The notes under the pieces are model-generated. The model was not told the origin of the DNA. It saw only the letters and a list, made by a program, of their open reading frames with translations, and searched no databases. From Anaeromyxobacter sp. (GTDB taxonomy: Bacteria; Myxococcota; Myxococcia; Myxococcales; Anaeromyxobacteraceae): a stretch of DNA of 64,000 nt. This document shows, one piece after another, positions 48,984-58,242 of the stretch (position 1 is the first letter of the stretch; each line of letters starts with the position of its first letter). The stretch lies in assembly GCA_049840735.1 (NCBI GenBank), contig JASGJN010000021.1, positions 128,001-192,000 on the forward strand, given 5' to 3'. A program made the translations under genes and the position numbers.

Positions 48984-49880
48984 ATGAGGATTGCCATCAC
49001 CGGAGCGAACGGACTCCTCGGCGGCGCCGCCGTGGCGCAGGCCGGCGCCGACCACCAGGTCCTGGCCATCGGCCGCGGCGCCTGCCGGCTCCCCCCGGGC
49101 CGATACACCTGGGCCGACGCCGACCTCGGCGACGGCGCCTCGGTGGAGCGCGCCCTGCTGGAGTTCAAGGCCGAGGCCGTGCTGCACGCCGGCGCCGCCA
49201 CCGACGTGGACGGCTGCGAGCGCGACCCGGTGCTGGCGTGGCGGGTCAACGTCGGCGGCACCGAGCAGGTCGCCCGCGCCTGCCACGTGCTGGAGGCGCG
49301 CCTGGTGGCCGTCTCCACCGACTACGTCTTCGACGGCACCACCGGGGACTACCGGGAGGACGACGTGGTGAACCCCCGCGGCGCCTACGCCCGCTCCAAG
49401 CGCTGCGGGGAGGAGGCCGCGCTGCTCCTCGCGCCCGACGCCGCCGTGGCGCGCGTGGCCGTGGTGTTCAGCGGCCGGGCCGGCGCCAAGAGCACCTTCG
49501 CGACGCAGGTGATCGAGAAGCTCTCGCGCGGCGAGGTGGTGAAGGCCTTCGAGGACCAGGTGGTGTCGCCCACCCTGGCCGAGAGCGCCGCCGCCATGAC
49601 GCTGGAGCTGCTGCTCGAGCACGACTACCGCGGCGTGCTCCACACCTCCGGCGCCACGCGCGTCGGCCGCGTGCAGTTCGCGCAGCAGGTGGCCGCGCTG
49701 TTCGGCCTCGAGGGCACCATCCAGCCCGTCAAGACCGCCGACGTGAAGCTCCCCGCCCCGCGGCCGCTCAAGTCCGGGCTCAACGTGGACCGGGCCACCG
49801 GCCTGCTGCGCAACCGGCCGCTGACGCTGGAGGAGGCGCTGCGGGAGTTCAAGCGACAGTGGGAGGGGCGGGGGAGGTAG
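48984..49880 (+). CDS. rmlD: dTDP-4-dehydrorhamnose reductase family SDR
   Basis: TGANGLLG, TDVDGCE, STDYVFDG, YARSK. Confidence 0.85.
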   Translation: MRIAITGANGLLGGAAVAQAGADHQVLAIGRGACRLPPGRYTWADADLGDGASVERALLEFKAEAVLHAGAATDVDGCERDPVLAWRVNVGGTEQVARACHVLEARLVAVSTDYVFDGTTGDYREDDVVNPRGAYARSKRCGEEAALLLAPDAAVARVAVVFSGRAGAKSTFATQVIEKLSRGEVVKAFEDQVVSPTLAESAAAMTLELLLEHDYRGVLHTSGATRVGRVQFAQQVAALFGLEGTIQPVKTADVKLPAPRPLKSGLNVDRATGLLRNRPLTLEEALREFKRQWEGRGR

Positions 49881-49886
49881 CGCGGC

Positions 49887-50090
49887 TCACCCCTCCACCT
49901 CCCCTCGCACCGGCCCCAGGGCGCGCAGCGCAGTCCGGGTCAACCGGCGGCGCAGCGCGTCCAGCTCCGTCCGCAGCTCCACCACGAGCGCCAGCGCCTC
50001 GTCCCGCTCGGCGGTGCGCTGCTCGAGCGCCTCGCGCAGGCGGGCCTGCTCGTCGGTGGCGTAGCGGAGGAAGAGGGCCGAGGTCTCCAT
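49887..50090 (-). CDS. Small coiled-coil hypothetical protein
   Basis: Short ORF with typical codon bias. Confidence 0.45.
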   Translation of the reverse strand: METSALFLRYATDEQARLREALEQRTAERDEALALVVELRTELDALRRRLTRTALRALGPVRGEVEG

Positions 50091-50396
50091 GGCGTCGCTG
50101 CTTCAGTAACGCCGCGCGAGGCCGCCGCGCACGGGGCCGACCCACCCGGTTCCGTCCCGTGACCGTGCGTCCCGAAGTTCGCGGACCGTGAACGCGGGGC
50201 GGCTCGCTGCGTGAGGCGCAGCGCGGGCGGGGCCGCTCGGGGCGCGGCTGGCGGCCCAGGCGGAGCCGCGCAGGCGGCCTGACGGGAGGGCGGCGCCCCG
50301 GCTGCGGCGCTCGGCCCAGCCGCCGGCTCGCAGCGCCCCAGCCTTTCGCGAACGCGGGTAGCCGACTACACTGCCGCACGCTCGAGGGACAGGAAC

Positions 50397-51716
50397 ATGA
50401 AGACCTTGTTGGCAGCGATCTCGGACCGGACCGCACGCATCGGCGTCATCGGGCAGGGCTACGTGGGCCTGCCGCTGGCCCTCGTCTTCTCCGAGGCGGG
50501 CTTCCGCGCCACCGGCTTCGACGTGGACCCGCGCAAGGTGGAGGTGCTGGCGCGCGGCGAGTCGTTCATCAAGCACATCGGCGCCGATCGCGTCGCCCGG
50601 GCCGTGCAGTCCGGGCGCTACCAGCCGACCACCGACTTCGACCAGCTGCGCGCGTGCGACGCCATCTTCATCTGCGTGCCCACGCCCCTGGGGCCGCACC
50701 GCGAGCCGGACAACTCGTACATCCACGCGACGGCGCGGGAGATCGCCCAGCGCCTCCGCCCCGGTCAGCTGATCGTGCTCGAGTCCACGACCTACCCCGG
50801 GACGACCGACGGCGAGGTCCTGCCCATCCTGGCGACGAGCGGGCTGACGACGCCCCGCGACTTCCTCCTCGCGTTCTCGCCCGAGCGCGAGGATCCCGGC
50901 CGCAAGGACCACAACACCAAGACCATCCCGAAGATCGTCGGCGGCGTGAACGCGGAGTCCACCGAGGCCGCCGCGGCCCTCTACGCCGTGGCGCTGGATC
51001 GGGTGGTCCCGGTGGCGAACGCCAGGGTGGCCGAGGCCGCGAAGCTGCTGGAGAACATCTTCCGCTCGGTCAACATCGCGCTCGTGAACGAGCTGAAGAT
51101 GATCTTCGACCGGATGGACATCGACGTCTGGGAGGTGATCCGGGCCGCCTCCACCAAGCCGTTCGGGTTCATGCCGTTCTACCCGGGCCCCGGCCTGGGT
51201 GGTCACTGCATCCCCCTCGACCCCTTCTACCTGTCGTGGAAGGCCGCCGAGCACGGGGAGTGGGCGCGGTTCATCGAGCTGGCCGGCGAGATCAACACCC
51301 GGATGCCGCGCTGGGTGGTGGACAAGGTGGCCGAGGCCCTCAACGCGGACGGCCGGTCGGTGCGCGGCGCACGCGTCCTGGTGCTCGGGCTCTCGTACAA
51401 GGCCGACATCGACGACGACCGCGAGTCGCCCTCGTACGAGATCCTGGAGCTGCTCCGGGAGCGCGGCGCCGCGATCGACTACTGCGATCCCCACTTCCCG
51501 GCGACGCATCCGGTGCGCAAGCACGACCTGGGGCTCAGGTCGGTCCCGTGTGAGCCGGCCACGTTCGCGGCCTACGACGCGGTGGTGGTCTCGACGGCAC
51601 ACCAGGCCTTCAAGCACGCCGACCTGTTCCGCAGCGTCCGCCTGGTGGTGGACACGCGCAACCTGGTCGCCCCGCTCTTCCCGGAAGGTGGCGGGCCGAG
51701 GATCGTGAAGGCCTGA
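50397..51716 (+). CDS. UDP-N-acetylhexosamine 6-dehydrogenase (WbpA/WecC/TviB family)
   Basis: GQGYVGLP, CVPTP, ESTTYPG, SPEREDPG, GGHCIP. Confidence 0.9.
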   Translation: MKTLLAAISDRTARIGVIGQGYVGLPLALVFSEAGFRATGFDVDPRKVEVLARGESFIKHIGADRVARAVQSGRYQPTTDFDQLRACDAIFICVPTPLGPHREPDNSYIHATAREIAQRLRPGQLIVLESTTYPGTTDGEVLPILATSGLTTPRDFLLAFSPEREDPGRKDHNTKTIPKIVGGVNAESTEAAAALYAVALDRVVPVANARVAEAAKLLENIFRSVNIALVNELKMIFDRMDIDVWEVIRAASTKPFGFMPFYPGPGLGGHCIPLDPFYLSWKAAEHGEWARFIELAGEINTRMPRWVVDKVAEALNADGRSVRGARVLVLGLSYKADIDDDRESPSYEILELLRERGAAIDYCDPHFPATHPVRKHDLGLRSVPCEPATFAAYDAVVVSTAHQAFKHADLFRSVRLVVDTRNLVAPLFPEGGGPRIVKA

Positions 51717-51795
51717 AGCGGAGGAGGCGGCCGTGCCTGGGCGCAGCCGCCTCCGTGAGCCAACCGTCCGTCCTGCCGCCGAGCCGAACGACGGA

Positions 51796-51846
51796 CCCGT
51801 TCGGCCTGAGCGTAGCGCCCGCATCCGCGGGCGCGGAGTCGAAGGC
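51796..51846. repeat. REP-like hairpin carrying an intact empty IS target site
   Basis: CCCGTTCGGCCTGAGCGTAGC equals reverse complement of the reconstructed pre-insertion site. Confidence 0.88.
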
Positions 51847-51856
51847 CAGGGATCTG

Positions 51857-53164
51857 CTACGGCGCCGACCGCCCCACGCCGTAGTACGTGAACCCTGCCG
51901 CGCGCGCCTTGCCCGCGTCCCAGATGTTGCGGCCGTCGATCAGCACAGGCTGCTTCATGATCTGCTTGAGCCGCGCGAAGTCCGGCTGGCGGAACTCGTT
52001 CCACTCGGTGATGAGCAGCAGCGCGTCGGCGCCTTCGGCGGCGGCGTAGGGCTCCTGCGCCAGCTCCACGCCGCGGCCGTGGAAGATCTTCTCGGCCACC
52101 TCGGCGGCGACCGGGTCGTGCGCCTTCACCTTGGCGCCGTTGCCCAAGAGCCCCTCGATCACGGTGATGGCCGGGGCCTCGCGCATGTCGTCGGTCTTGG
52201 GCTTGAACGCCAGGCCCCAGACCGCGAAGGTCTTGCCGGCGATGGAGCCGAAGTGCTTGGTGGCCTTGTCGAGCGGCCAGCGCTTCTGGCGCTCGTTCAC
52301 GCGCTCGACCGAGCGGAGCAGGTCGAAGTCCAGGCCGATCTGGCGGGCCATGGTCATGACCGCCTTCACGTCCTTGGGGAAGCAGGAGCCGCCGAAGCCC
52401 ACGCCCGGGAAGAGGAAGGGGTGGCCGATGCGCTTGTCCGAGCCGACGCCGCGGCGGACCGCGTCCACGTCGGCGCCCAGCTTCTCGCAGAGCGTGGCCA
52501 TCTCGTTCATGAACGAGATGCGGGTGGCCAGCATGGCGTTGGCCGCGTACTTGGTCAGCTCGGCCGAGCGGATGTCCATGAACAGGACCGGCTGCTCGGC
52601 GCGGACGAAGGGCGCGTAGAGCTCGCCCATGACCGCCCTGGCGCGCTCGGAGGAGACGCCAACGACCACGCGGTCGGGCCGCATGAAGTCGTCGATGGCG
52701 GCGCCTTCCTTGAGGAACTCGGGGTTGGAGACCACGTCGAAGGGGTGGGCCGTGTGCTGCTTCACGACCGCCGCCACCTTCTCGCCCGAGCCCACCGGCA
52801 CCGTGCTCTTGTCGACGATGACGCAGTAGCCGGTCATGTTGCGGGCCAGCTCGGCCGCCGCCGCCAGCACGTACTGGAGGTCGGCCTCGCCGTTCTCGTT
52901 GGGCGGGGTGCCCACCGCGATGAACGCCACCTCGGCGTCCTTCATGGCCTCGGTGTACGAGGTCGTGAACTGCAGCCGCTTCTCCTTGGCGTTGCGCCTG
53001 ACCAGCTCCTCGAGCCCCGGCTCGTAGATCGGGATCCCGCCGGCGCGCAGCAGGTCGACCTTCTTCTGGTCGATGTCGAGGCAGGTGACGGTGTGGCCCG
53101 ACTCGGCGAAGCAGGTTCCGGTGACGAGGCCGACGTAGCCGGTACCGACGACGGTGATCTTCAC
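51857..53164 (-). CDS. ugd: UDP-glucose 6-dehydrogenase
   Basis: GTGYVG, AVGTP, KSTVPVG, NPEFLKEG, GFGGSCFPKD. Confidence 0.95.
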   Translation of the reverse strand: MKITVVGTGYVGLVTGTCFAESGHTVTCLDIDQKKVDLLRAGGIPIYEPGLEELVRRNAKEKRLQFTTSYTEAMKDAEVAFIAVGTPPNENGEADLQYVLAAAAELARNMTGYCVIVDKSTVPVGSGEKVAAVVKQHTAHPFDVVSNPEFLKEGAAIDDFMRPDRVVVGVSSERARAVMGELYAPFVRAEQPVLFMDIRSAELTKYAANAMLATRISFMNEMATLCEKLGADVDAVRRGVGSDKRIGHPFLFPGVGFGGSCFPKDVKAVMTMARQIGLDFDLLRSVERVNERQKRWPLDKATKHFGSIAGKTFAVWGLAFKPKTDDMREAPAITVIEGLLGNGAKVKAHDPVAAEVAEKIFHGRGVELAQEPYAAAEGADALLLITEWNEFRQPDFARLKQIMKQPVLIDGRNIWDAGKARAAGFTYYGVGRSAP

Positions 53165-53217
53165 GCAGAGACTCCCCTGGAAAGAGGCGGGAATCTAGCA
53201 CGGACCTCGCGCCCGGA

Positions 53218-54138
53218 TCACGGCGCGACGACGAGCCTGGCGGCCGTTTCGGTGCCACGGAGGTGGCGAAGGCGCGCAGGATCCCTGACCGTGTCCACGA
53301 CTCTCAGGACGGCCACGCGCTCGGGCCCCGAGAGCTCGGGACGAAGCCGCGCCGCGGCCTCCTCCGTCTCGGGGAAGAAGTGGGCCACGAGCACCAGGGC
53401 GCCGTGCAGCGCGCGGCCCAGGCCCGCCGCCGCGGCCCGCTCGCGGACGTAGGCGGCGTCGAGCGGCAGCTGCACCAGCTCGCGCAGATCGACGTAGGTG
53501 ATGAGCGGGGCGAGCAGCCCCATGGCCGCCTGGTCGCCGACCGTGGCCAGCAGCGCGTCCTCCGGGGACGGCCGGGCGGCCGCCGGCCCGAAGGCCCGGT
53601 AGGGGGCGCGGCGCGCGAACAGCGGCTCGTCCGCAGGGCCGCCAGGCCAGAGCCCCTCCTGCGCCTGGATGCTGATCTTCCCGTCGCTGAAGACCGCCAC
53701 CCGTCCCTCGTGCTCGGTCCGCTCCACCGAGAGCGCGCCTTCCAGCGCCTTGACGAAGCGCGGCCCGTCCTCGCCGCGCAGGGCCACGCGGAGCTCGCCC
53801 GCGGGCCGGAACGCCATGTGCGGGTAGAGCCAGTCCACGTAGGCCGCCGCCTCGAGCAGCACCACCGGCACGTCGTCCGGCACGCCGCGCAGCACGTTGC
53901 GGAGCGTCACGAGCTTGAGGACGTTGTCGTTTACGACCCCCTGGTAATGCCCCAGGAGCGCTTCCCGGAAGGCGGCAGGGAGGCCCGCACCCAGGCGCGT
54001 ATGCTCCAGCTGATACGACGCGAGCGGCGCCAGGCCGTGGGCGACGAGGATCTCGCCCAGCTCGTCCAGATCGCAGTCCGGCAGGCGGGCGGGCGGGGAG
54101 AAGGAGGTCACGGCCCGGAGCGCGTCGATGAGCGGCAC
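53218..54138 (-). CDS. Nucleotidyltransferase-family (NTP_transf_5-like) protein, possibly degenerate
   Basis: HGLAPL, VVLLEAAAY..LYP...RPAGELRVAL resembles LKG...R..DxD motif with substitutions. Confidence 0.6.
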   Translation of the reverse strand: MPLIDALRAVTSFSPPARLPDCDLDELGEILVAHGLAPLASYQLEHTRLGAGLPAAFREALLGHYQGVVNDNVLKLVTLRNVLRGVPDDVPVVLLEAAAYVDWLYPHMAFRPAGELRVALRGEDGPRFVKALEGALSVERTEHEGRVAVFSDGKISIQAQEGLWPGGPADEPLFARRAPYRAFGPAAARPSPEDALLATVGDQAAMGLLAPLITYVDLRELVQLPLDAAYVRERAAAAGLGRALHGALVLVAHFFPETEEAAARLRPELSGPERVAVLRVVDTVRDPARLRHLRGTETAARLVVAP

Positions 54139-54300
54139 GGCGGGAGCCTTAACCCGCCGGGCGCCCGGCGGCAATCGCGCTGTCCGGCGGGCGTGGACAT
54201 GATGCGGGCGAACCCCGGCATCAAGGAGGCGAGAGCACCGGCTGATCAGGATGCGGGCGAACCATTGACCCGAAGTTGTGGGCGAACGCACCGTGACCGG

Positions 54301-54361
54301 CCGTTCGCCCTGAGCGTAGCGACCGCCGGCCAGGCGGTCGCGGAGTCGAAGGGGCGAACGG
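54301..54361. repeat. REP-like hairpin between divergent genes
   Basis: CCGTTCGCCCTGAGCGTAG...CGGAGTCGAAGGGGCGAACGG. Confidence 0.88.
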
Positions 54362-54385
54362 TGTCGCCCCTGGAGAGGAGCCGAC

Positions 54386-55618
54386 ATGACCGAGCTGGAC
54401 GGGACGCTGGCCGAGCTGGCGCGGCTGCGCAGCGGCAGTGAGCCGATCGTGAGCCTGTACCTGGACGTCCGCTGGGGAGACGAGCAGCAGCGCGAGCGCG
54501 TGCGTCTCTTCGTGCAGGACAAGGTGAGGAAGACGCTGGCGCACTACCCGCCGGGCACGCCCGGGCGCGAGGGGCTGGAGCGGACGCTGCGGCGGATCCA
54601 GGAGTACGTGAGCGGGCTGGCCGGCCAGGCCTACGAGGCGGAGCAGGACGGGCTGGCCCTCTTCGCCTGCGAGGGGCTGAAGCTGTGGCGGACGTTCTTC
54701 TTCGCGAGGCCGTTCAAGGGCGAGCTCTGCACCGACGGCATCCCGCACCTGACGCAGCTGGCGCGGCTGGCCGAGGACGCCGAGCCGGCCATCGTAGTGG
54801 CGCCGCACCAGGACGGCGCGGACATCTACCATATCACGCTGGGTGAACGCTCCGGAGAGCGCCACGTGCGCGGGTACGTGCCGCGCGGCGGGGAGAAGGA
54901 GCAGGGCGCCGGCGCGCCCGTGCGGCGGCTGGAGCGGGAGGCGAAGGACGAGCGGCACCAGGAGGAGTACATCCAGAAGGCTCGCCGGGCTGCGCTGGCC
55001 GAGGTGATGCGGCTGCTGGGCGAGACCCCGGACGCGAAGCTGATCCTGGTGGGCCCCGCCGCCACGCTGGCGGCCTTCGAGCGCGAGCTGCCCGAGCGCG
55101 CCCGCGAGCGGGTCATCGCCCGCATGCCGCGCCCGCCCGACTGGACCGGCAAGGGCGGCCAGCTGCGCGACGGCGTGCTGGCCGAGGTGGAGAAGGCCAT
55201 CGCCGTGCACGGCAAGCAGAGCCAGGGCAAGGCCATCGACGCCGTGGTCGGCCAGTCGCTGCGCGGCGGCCTGGCGGTGCTGGGGCCGGACGACGTGGTG
55301 CAGGCGCTGAACCAGGGGCGCGTGCACCGGCTGGTGATCGAGGAGGACTTCGCCCGCACCGGCTGGCTCTGCGACAACTGCAACTGCCTGGGCCAGAACG
55401 CCGAGGCCGCCGAGGTGTGCCCGTACTGCGGCGGCGCCGTGCGGGCAGTGCAGTTCCTGGGCGAGGCGCTGGTGGCCCGGGCCCTGGCCGAGGGGGCCGA
55501 GGTGGAGCTGGTGCCGCACCACAACAAGCTGCACAGCTACCGCGGCGTGGGGGCGTTCCTCCGGCAGAGCAGCGCCACCGGGCTGCGAGGCGGCGGCGGG
55601 ACCTACGTGAACCAGTAG
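54386..55618 (+). CDS. Bacterial archaeo-eukaryotic release-factor-like (baeRF) protein with zinc ribbon
   Basis: VSLYLD, GLALFAC, LILVGP, eRF1 domain 3 (AVLGPDDVVQAL..GRVHRL), CDNC..CPYC, GVGAFLR. Confidence 0.8.
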   Translation: MTELDGTLAELARLRSGSEPIVSLYLDVRWGDEQQRERVRLFVQDKVRKTLAHYPPGTPGREGLERTLRRIQEYVSGLAGQAYEAEQDGLALFACEGLKLWRTFFFARPFKGELCTDGIPHLTQLARLAEDAEPAIVVAPHQDGADIYHITLGERSGERHVRGYVPRGGEKEQGAGAPVRRLEREAKDERHQEEYIQKARRAALAEVMRLLGETPDAKLILVGPAATLAAFERELPERARERVIARMPRPPDWTGKGGQLRDGVLAEVEKAIAVHGKQSQGKAIDAVVGQSLRGGLAVLGPDDVVQALNQGRVHRLVIEEDFARTGWLCDNCNCLGQNAEAAEVCPYCGGAVRAVQFLGEALVARALAEGAEVELVPHHNKLHSYRGVGAFLRQSSATGLRGGGGTYVNQ

Positions 55619-55632
55619 CCGTCCAGCCGCTC

Positions 55633-55734
55633 GCCCTGGGCCTGTCCAAGGGCGAGCGGGGCATCTCCGTTCGTCCTGAGCGTAGCGAGGCGGCCCGTTT
55701 CCGGGGCCGCCTCGCGGAGTCGAAGGATGAACGG
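55633..55734. repeat. REP-like hairpins between convergent genes
   Basis: GCCCTGGGCCTGTCCAAGGGC and CCGTTCGTCCTGAGCGTAG...CGGAGTCGAAGGATGAACGG. Confidence 0.85.
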
Positions 55735-55744
55735 CGCCGAAAGG

Positions 55745-56341
55745 TCAGTGCCCCTCGTGCCCCCCCGCGTGCGCATGCGCCTCGCCCTTCGGCGCCAGCG
55801 CCGCCTCCAGCGCCTCCACGTGGTGCACGTAGGCCACGTACGCCGCCACCCACTTCCGCCCGGCCTCCACGTCCTTCGCCGGCGGCTGCTGCGCCTGCAG
55901 CGCCGCGAACCGCTCCCGCAGCCCGTCGCGCAGCCGGTCCACCAGCAGCGCCTCCACCGCCGAGCCGTCGCCCGCCGCGATCCCGCGGTCCGCCACGCGC
56001 AGCGCCTCCGTCACGCCCTCCCCCGCCGGCTTGAGCCCGGTGTAGGCCGCCCCCTCGCCCTGCCGGTGGATCCGGACCAGCGTCTCGAAGAACCGGCGCT
56101 CGCTCGCCTGCCGCGCCGCGGCCGGTCCGCTGCGGGCCGCGCGCGCCTCGGCAAACGCCGTCCGGACCTCCGCCTCGCCCGCCGGCTGGACCCAGGCCAG
56201 CACCGGGGCCACCTGCCCGGAGTCGAGCGCCTTGTGTGCGGTCTCGAGGAGCGGTCCGTCGAGCGTGTCGCAGTGGGCGAGGGCGGTGGCGGGGGCGAGG
56301 AGCAGCAGGGCGAGGGTTCCGATGGCGAATGCGGTCTTCAT
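55745..56341 (-). CDS. Secreted DUF6448-like protein
   Basis: Signal peptide then HCDTLDGP; FFETLVRIHR.GEGA.YTGLKP; His-rich tail. Confidence 0.75.
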   Translation of the reverse strand: MKTAFAIGTLALLLLAPATALAHCDTLDGPLLETAHKALDSGQVAPVLAWVQPAGEAEVRTAFAEARAARSGPAAARQASERRFFETLVRIHRQGEGAAYTGLKPAGEGVTEALRVADRGIAAGDGSAVEALLVDRLRDGLRERFAALQAQQPPAKDVEAGRKWVAAYVAYVHHVEALEAALAPKGEAHAHAGGHEGH

Positions 56342-56504
56342 GGCGGTCTCCAGTGTGAGGTCCGAGGGGCCCCGCGCGGGTCGGGTTCGTCCGCCGCCGC
56401 TCGCGCTGCATGACGGGCAGCGGGCGAAGCGGTACGGTCCGGGCGAGGTCCGTTTGCTTCCAGCGCGAACCTGTCCGCCAGCGCCTCCGGAGACCATCCG
56501 GCAC

Positions 56505-57083
56505 ATGTCCCAAGCCGTAGACACCAGCCATTCCGGTGGGTTGCAGCGGGCCGCCGCGGCGGACGCCGCACCGACCCGGCCCTGGCGCGTGGCCGCGGTC
56601 GGGGCCGCGCTGCTCCTCCTGGCCGCGGTTCTGTGCGTGGACTTCCTGGCCAGGCCCGCCGGCCGCGACCTGCAGGCGCACGCCGTCGTGGAGCTGAGCC
56701 TCATGGCCGTGGCCGTGGCCGCCGGGGTCGCCTCCTGGTGGCGGTTCGTGCGGCTGCGCCAGCGCGAGCAGCTGCTGGTCCGCGACCTGGAGCGGGCCCG
56801 GACCGAGGCCGCCGCCTGGAAGCGCGAGGCCGCCGACGCGCTGCGCGGGCTGGGCGAGGCCATCGACGCGCAGTTCGAGCGCTGGGGCCTGTCCGCCGCC
56901 GAGCGCGAGGTCGGCCTGCTCCTGCTCAAGGGGCTCGCCCACAAGGAGATCGCCGAGCTGCGCGGGACCAGCGAGAAGACCGTCCGCCAGCAGGCGCTCG
57001 CCGTCTACCGCAAGGCCGGGCTGGCCGGGCGGGCCGAGCTGTCGGCGTTCTTCCTGGAGGACCTGCTCCTGCCGCGGCGGTGA
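56505..57083 (+). CDS. Membrane-anchored LuxR-type HTH regulator
   Basis: Two TMs, coiled coil, WGLSAAEREVGLLLLKG..KEIA..RGTSEKTVRQQ. Confidence 0.85.
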   Translation: MSQAVDTSHSGGLQRAAAADAAPTRPWRVAAVGAALLLLAAVLCVDFLARPAGRDLQAHAVVELSLMAVAVAAGVASWWRFVRLRQREQLLVRDLERARTEAAAWKREAADALRGLGEAIDAQFERWGLSAAEREVGLLLLKGLAHKEIAELRGTSEKTVRQQALAVYRKAGLAGRAELSAFFLEDLLLPRR

Positions 57084-57107
57084 GGTCGCGGGCGCAAACA
57101 CAAACGG

Positions 57108-57262
57108 CCGTTCGTCCTGAGCGTAGCGAGCCGGCCTGTCGGCCGGCTCGCGGAGTCGAAGGATGAACGGGACGGAACTTCAGCCGTGCGGACCGCGAGC
57201 CCGGCGTCCCGGTCATGGTGAGCGTAGCGGCCAGCCCCCTGGGCTGGCCGCGGAGTCGAACC
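57108..57262. repeat. Two REP-like hairpins between convergent genes
   Basis: 57108-57171 and 57217-57262. Confidence 0.85.
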
Positions 57263-57278
57263 ACGACCGGTAACGGAC

Positions 57279-58170
57279 CTACCCCTGGTACTCCCGATAC
57301 AGGTTCCCCACGTCCTTGACCGCCGGCCCCCGCTTCGGCGCCCACCCCACCTCCACGCCGCGCGCCGAGATCACCACCTGGTCGAACGCCAGCGCGTCCG
57401 CCATCGGCCCCATCGTCTTGCGCGCCTCCTCCACCGGGATGGACCGCACCGCCCCCTTCGCCGCGGCCGCGTTGCTGTACGCTGCCGCCAGCTCCGACAC
57501 CGTGGGCGATGTCCCATCCACCCCGTGGAACACCCCGCGCGCCCGCTGCTCCAGCACCAGCCGGTACAGCTCCGCCAGAATCCGCCCGATGGATGATCGC
57601 CCAGCGGTTGGTGCCAGGGCCGACGAAGGACGCGCGCCCCTCCGTCTCGGCCTGCTTGAACCAGGGCGTCAGCAGCCCGCCCTTCCCGCCCGAGACCATG
57701 CCCGGGCGGATCACCACCGCCGCCACCCGATCGCTCCCCGCGTCGAGCGTGAGCTGCTCGTGCACCGGACGATGCGCGGCGACCGGGGGCACGCTGGTGA
57801 CCGCCGCGGCTTCGGACGCCGGCTCGGTCCGGTTGCCCAGCAGCCACACGCCGGAGGTGTAGATGACCGAGACCGGCCCGGAGGAGGCCTTCGCGGCCTC
57901 GGTCAGCGCCTCGACGGCTTCCCGGTCCGCCGGCGGCCCCAGGCCGTAATCGACCGCGGCGTGCACCAGCGCGTCGAAGCCGGTCAGCTCGGCGCGGAGC
58001 GCCTTGACGTTGCCCAGCGCGCCGCGCAGCGGCCGGCCGCCCAGCTTCCGGAGCGCCGCGTCCGAGCTGTCGGAGCGGGAGAGGCCGGCCACCTCGTGGC
58101 CGTGCCTGACGAACGTCTCGGTGAGCGCCGCGCCGATGTAGCCGGTCGCGCCGGTGAGGAAGATGCGCAT
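57279..58170 (-). CDS. NAD-dependent epimerase/dehydratase (atypical SDR), frameshift at ~57580
   Basis: TGATGYIG, IYTSGVW, IRPG, HRAD/LAELY. Confidence 0.85.
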
Positions 58171-58242
58171 GTGAGTCCTCCGTGAGCCCCGGGACCTAAT
58201 CCAGGGCGGCGGGGACTTCCACGAACAACGCGGGAGCAGCGC

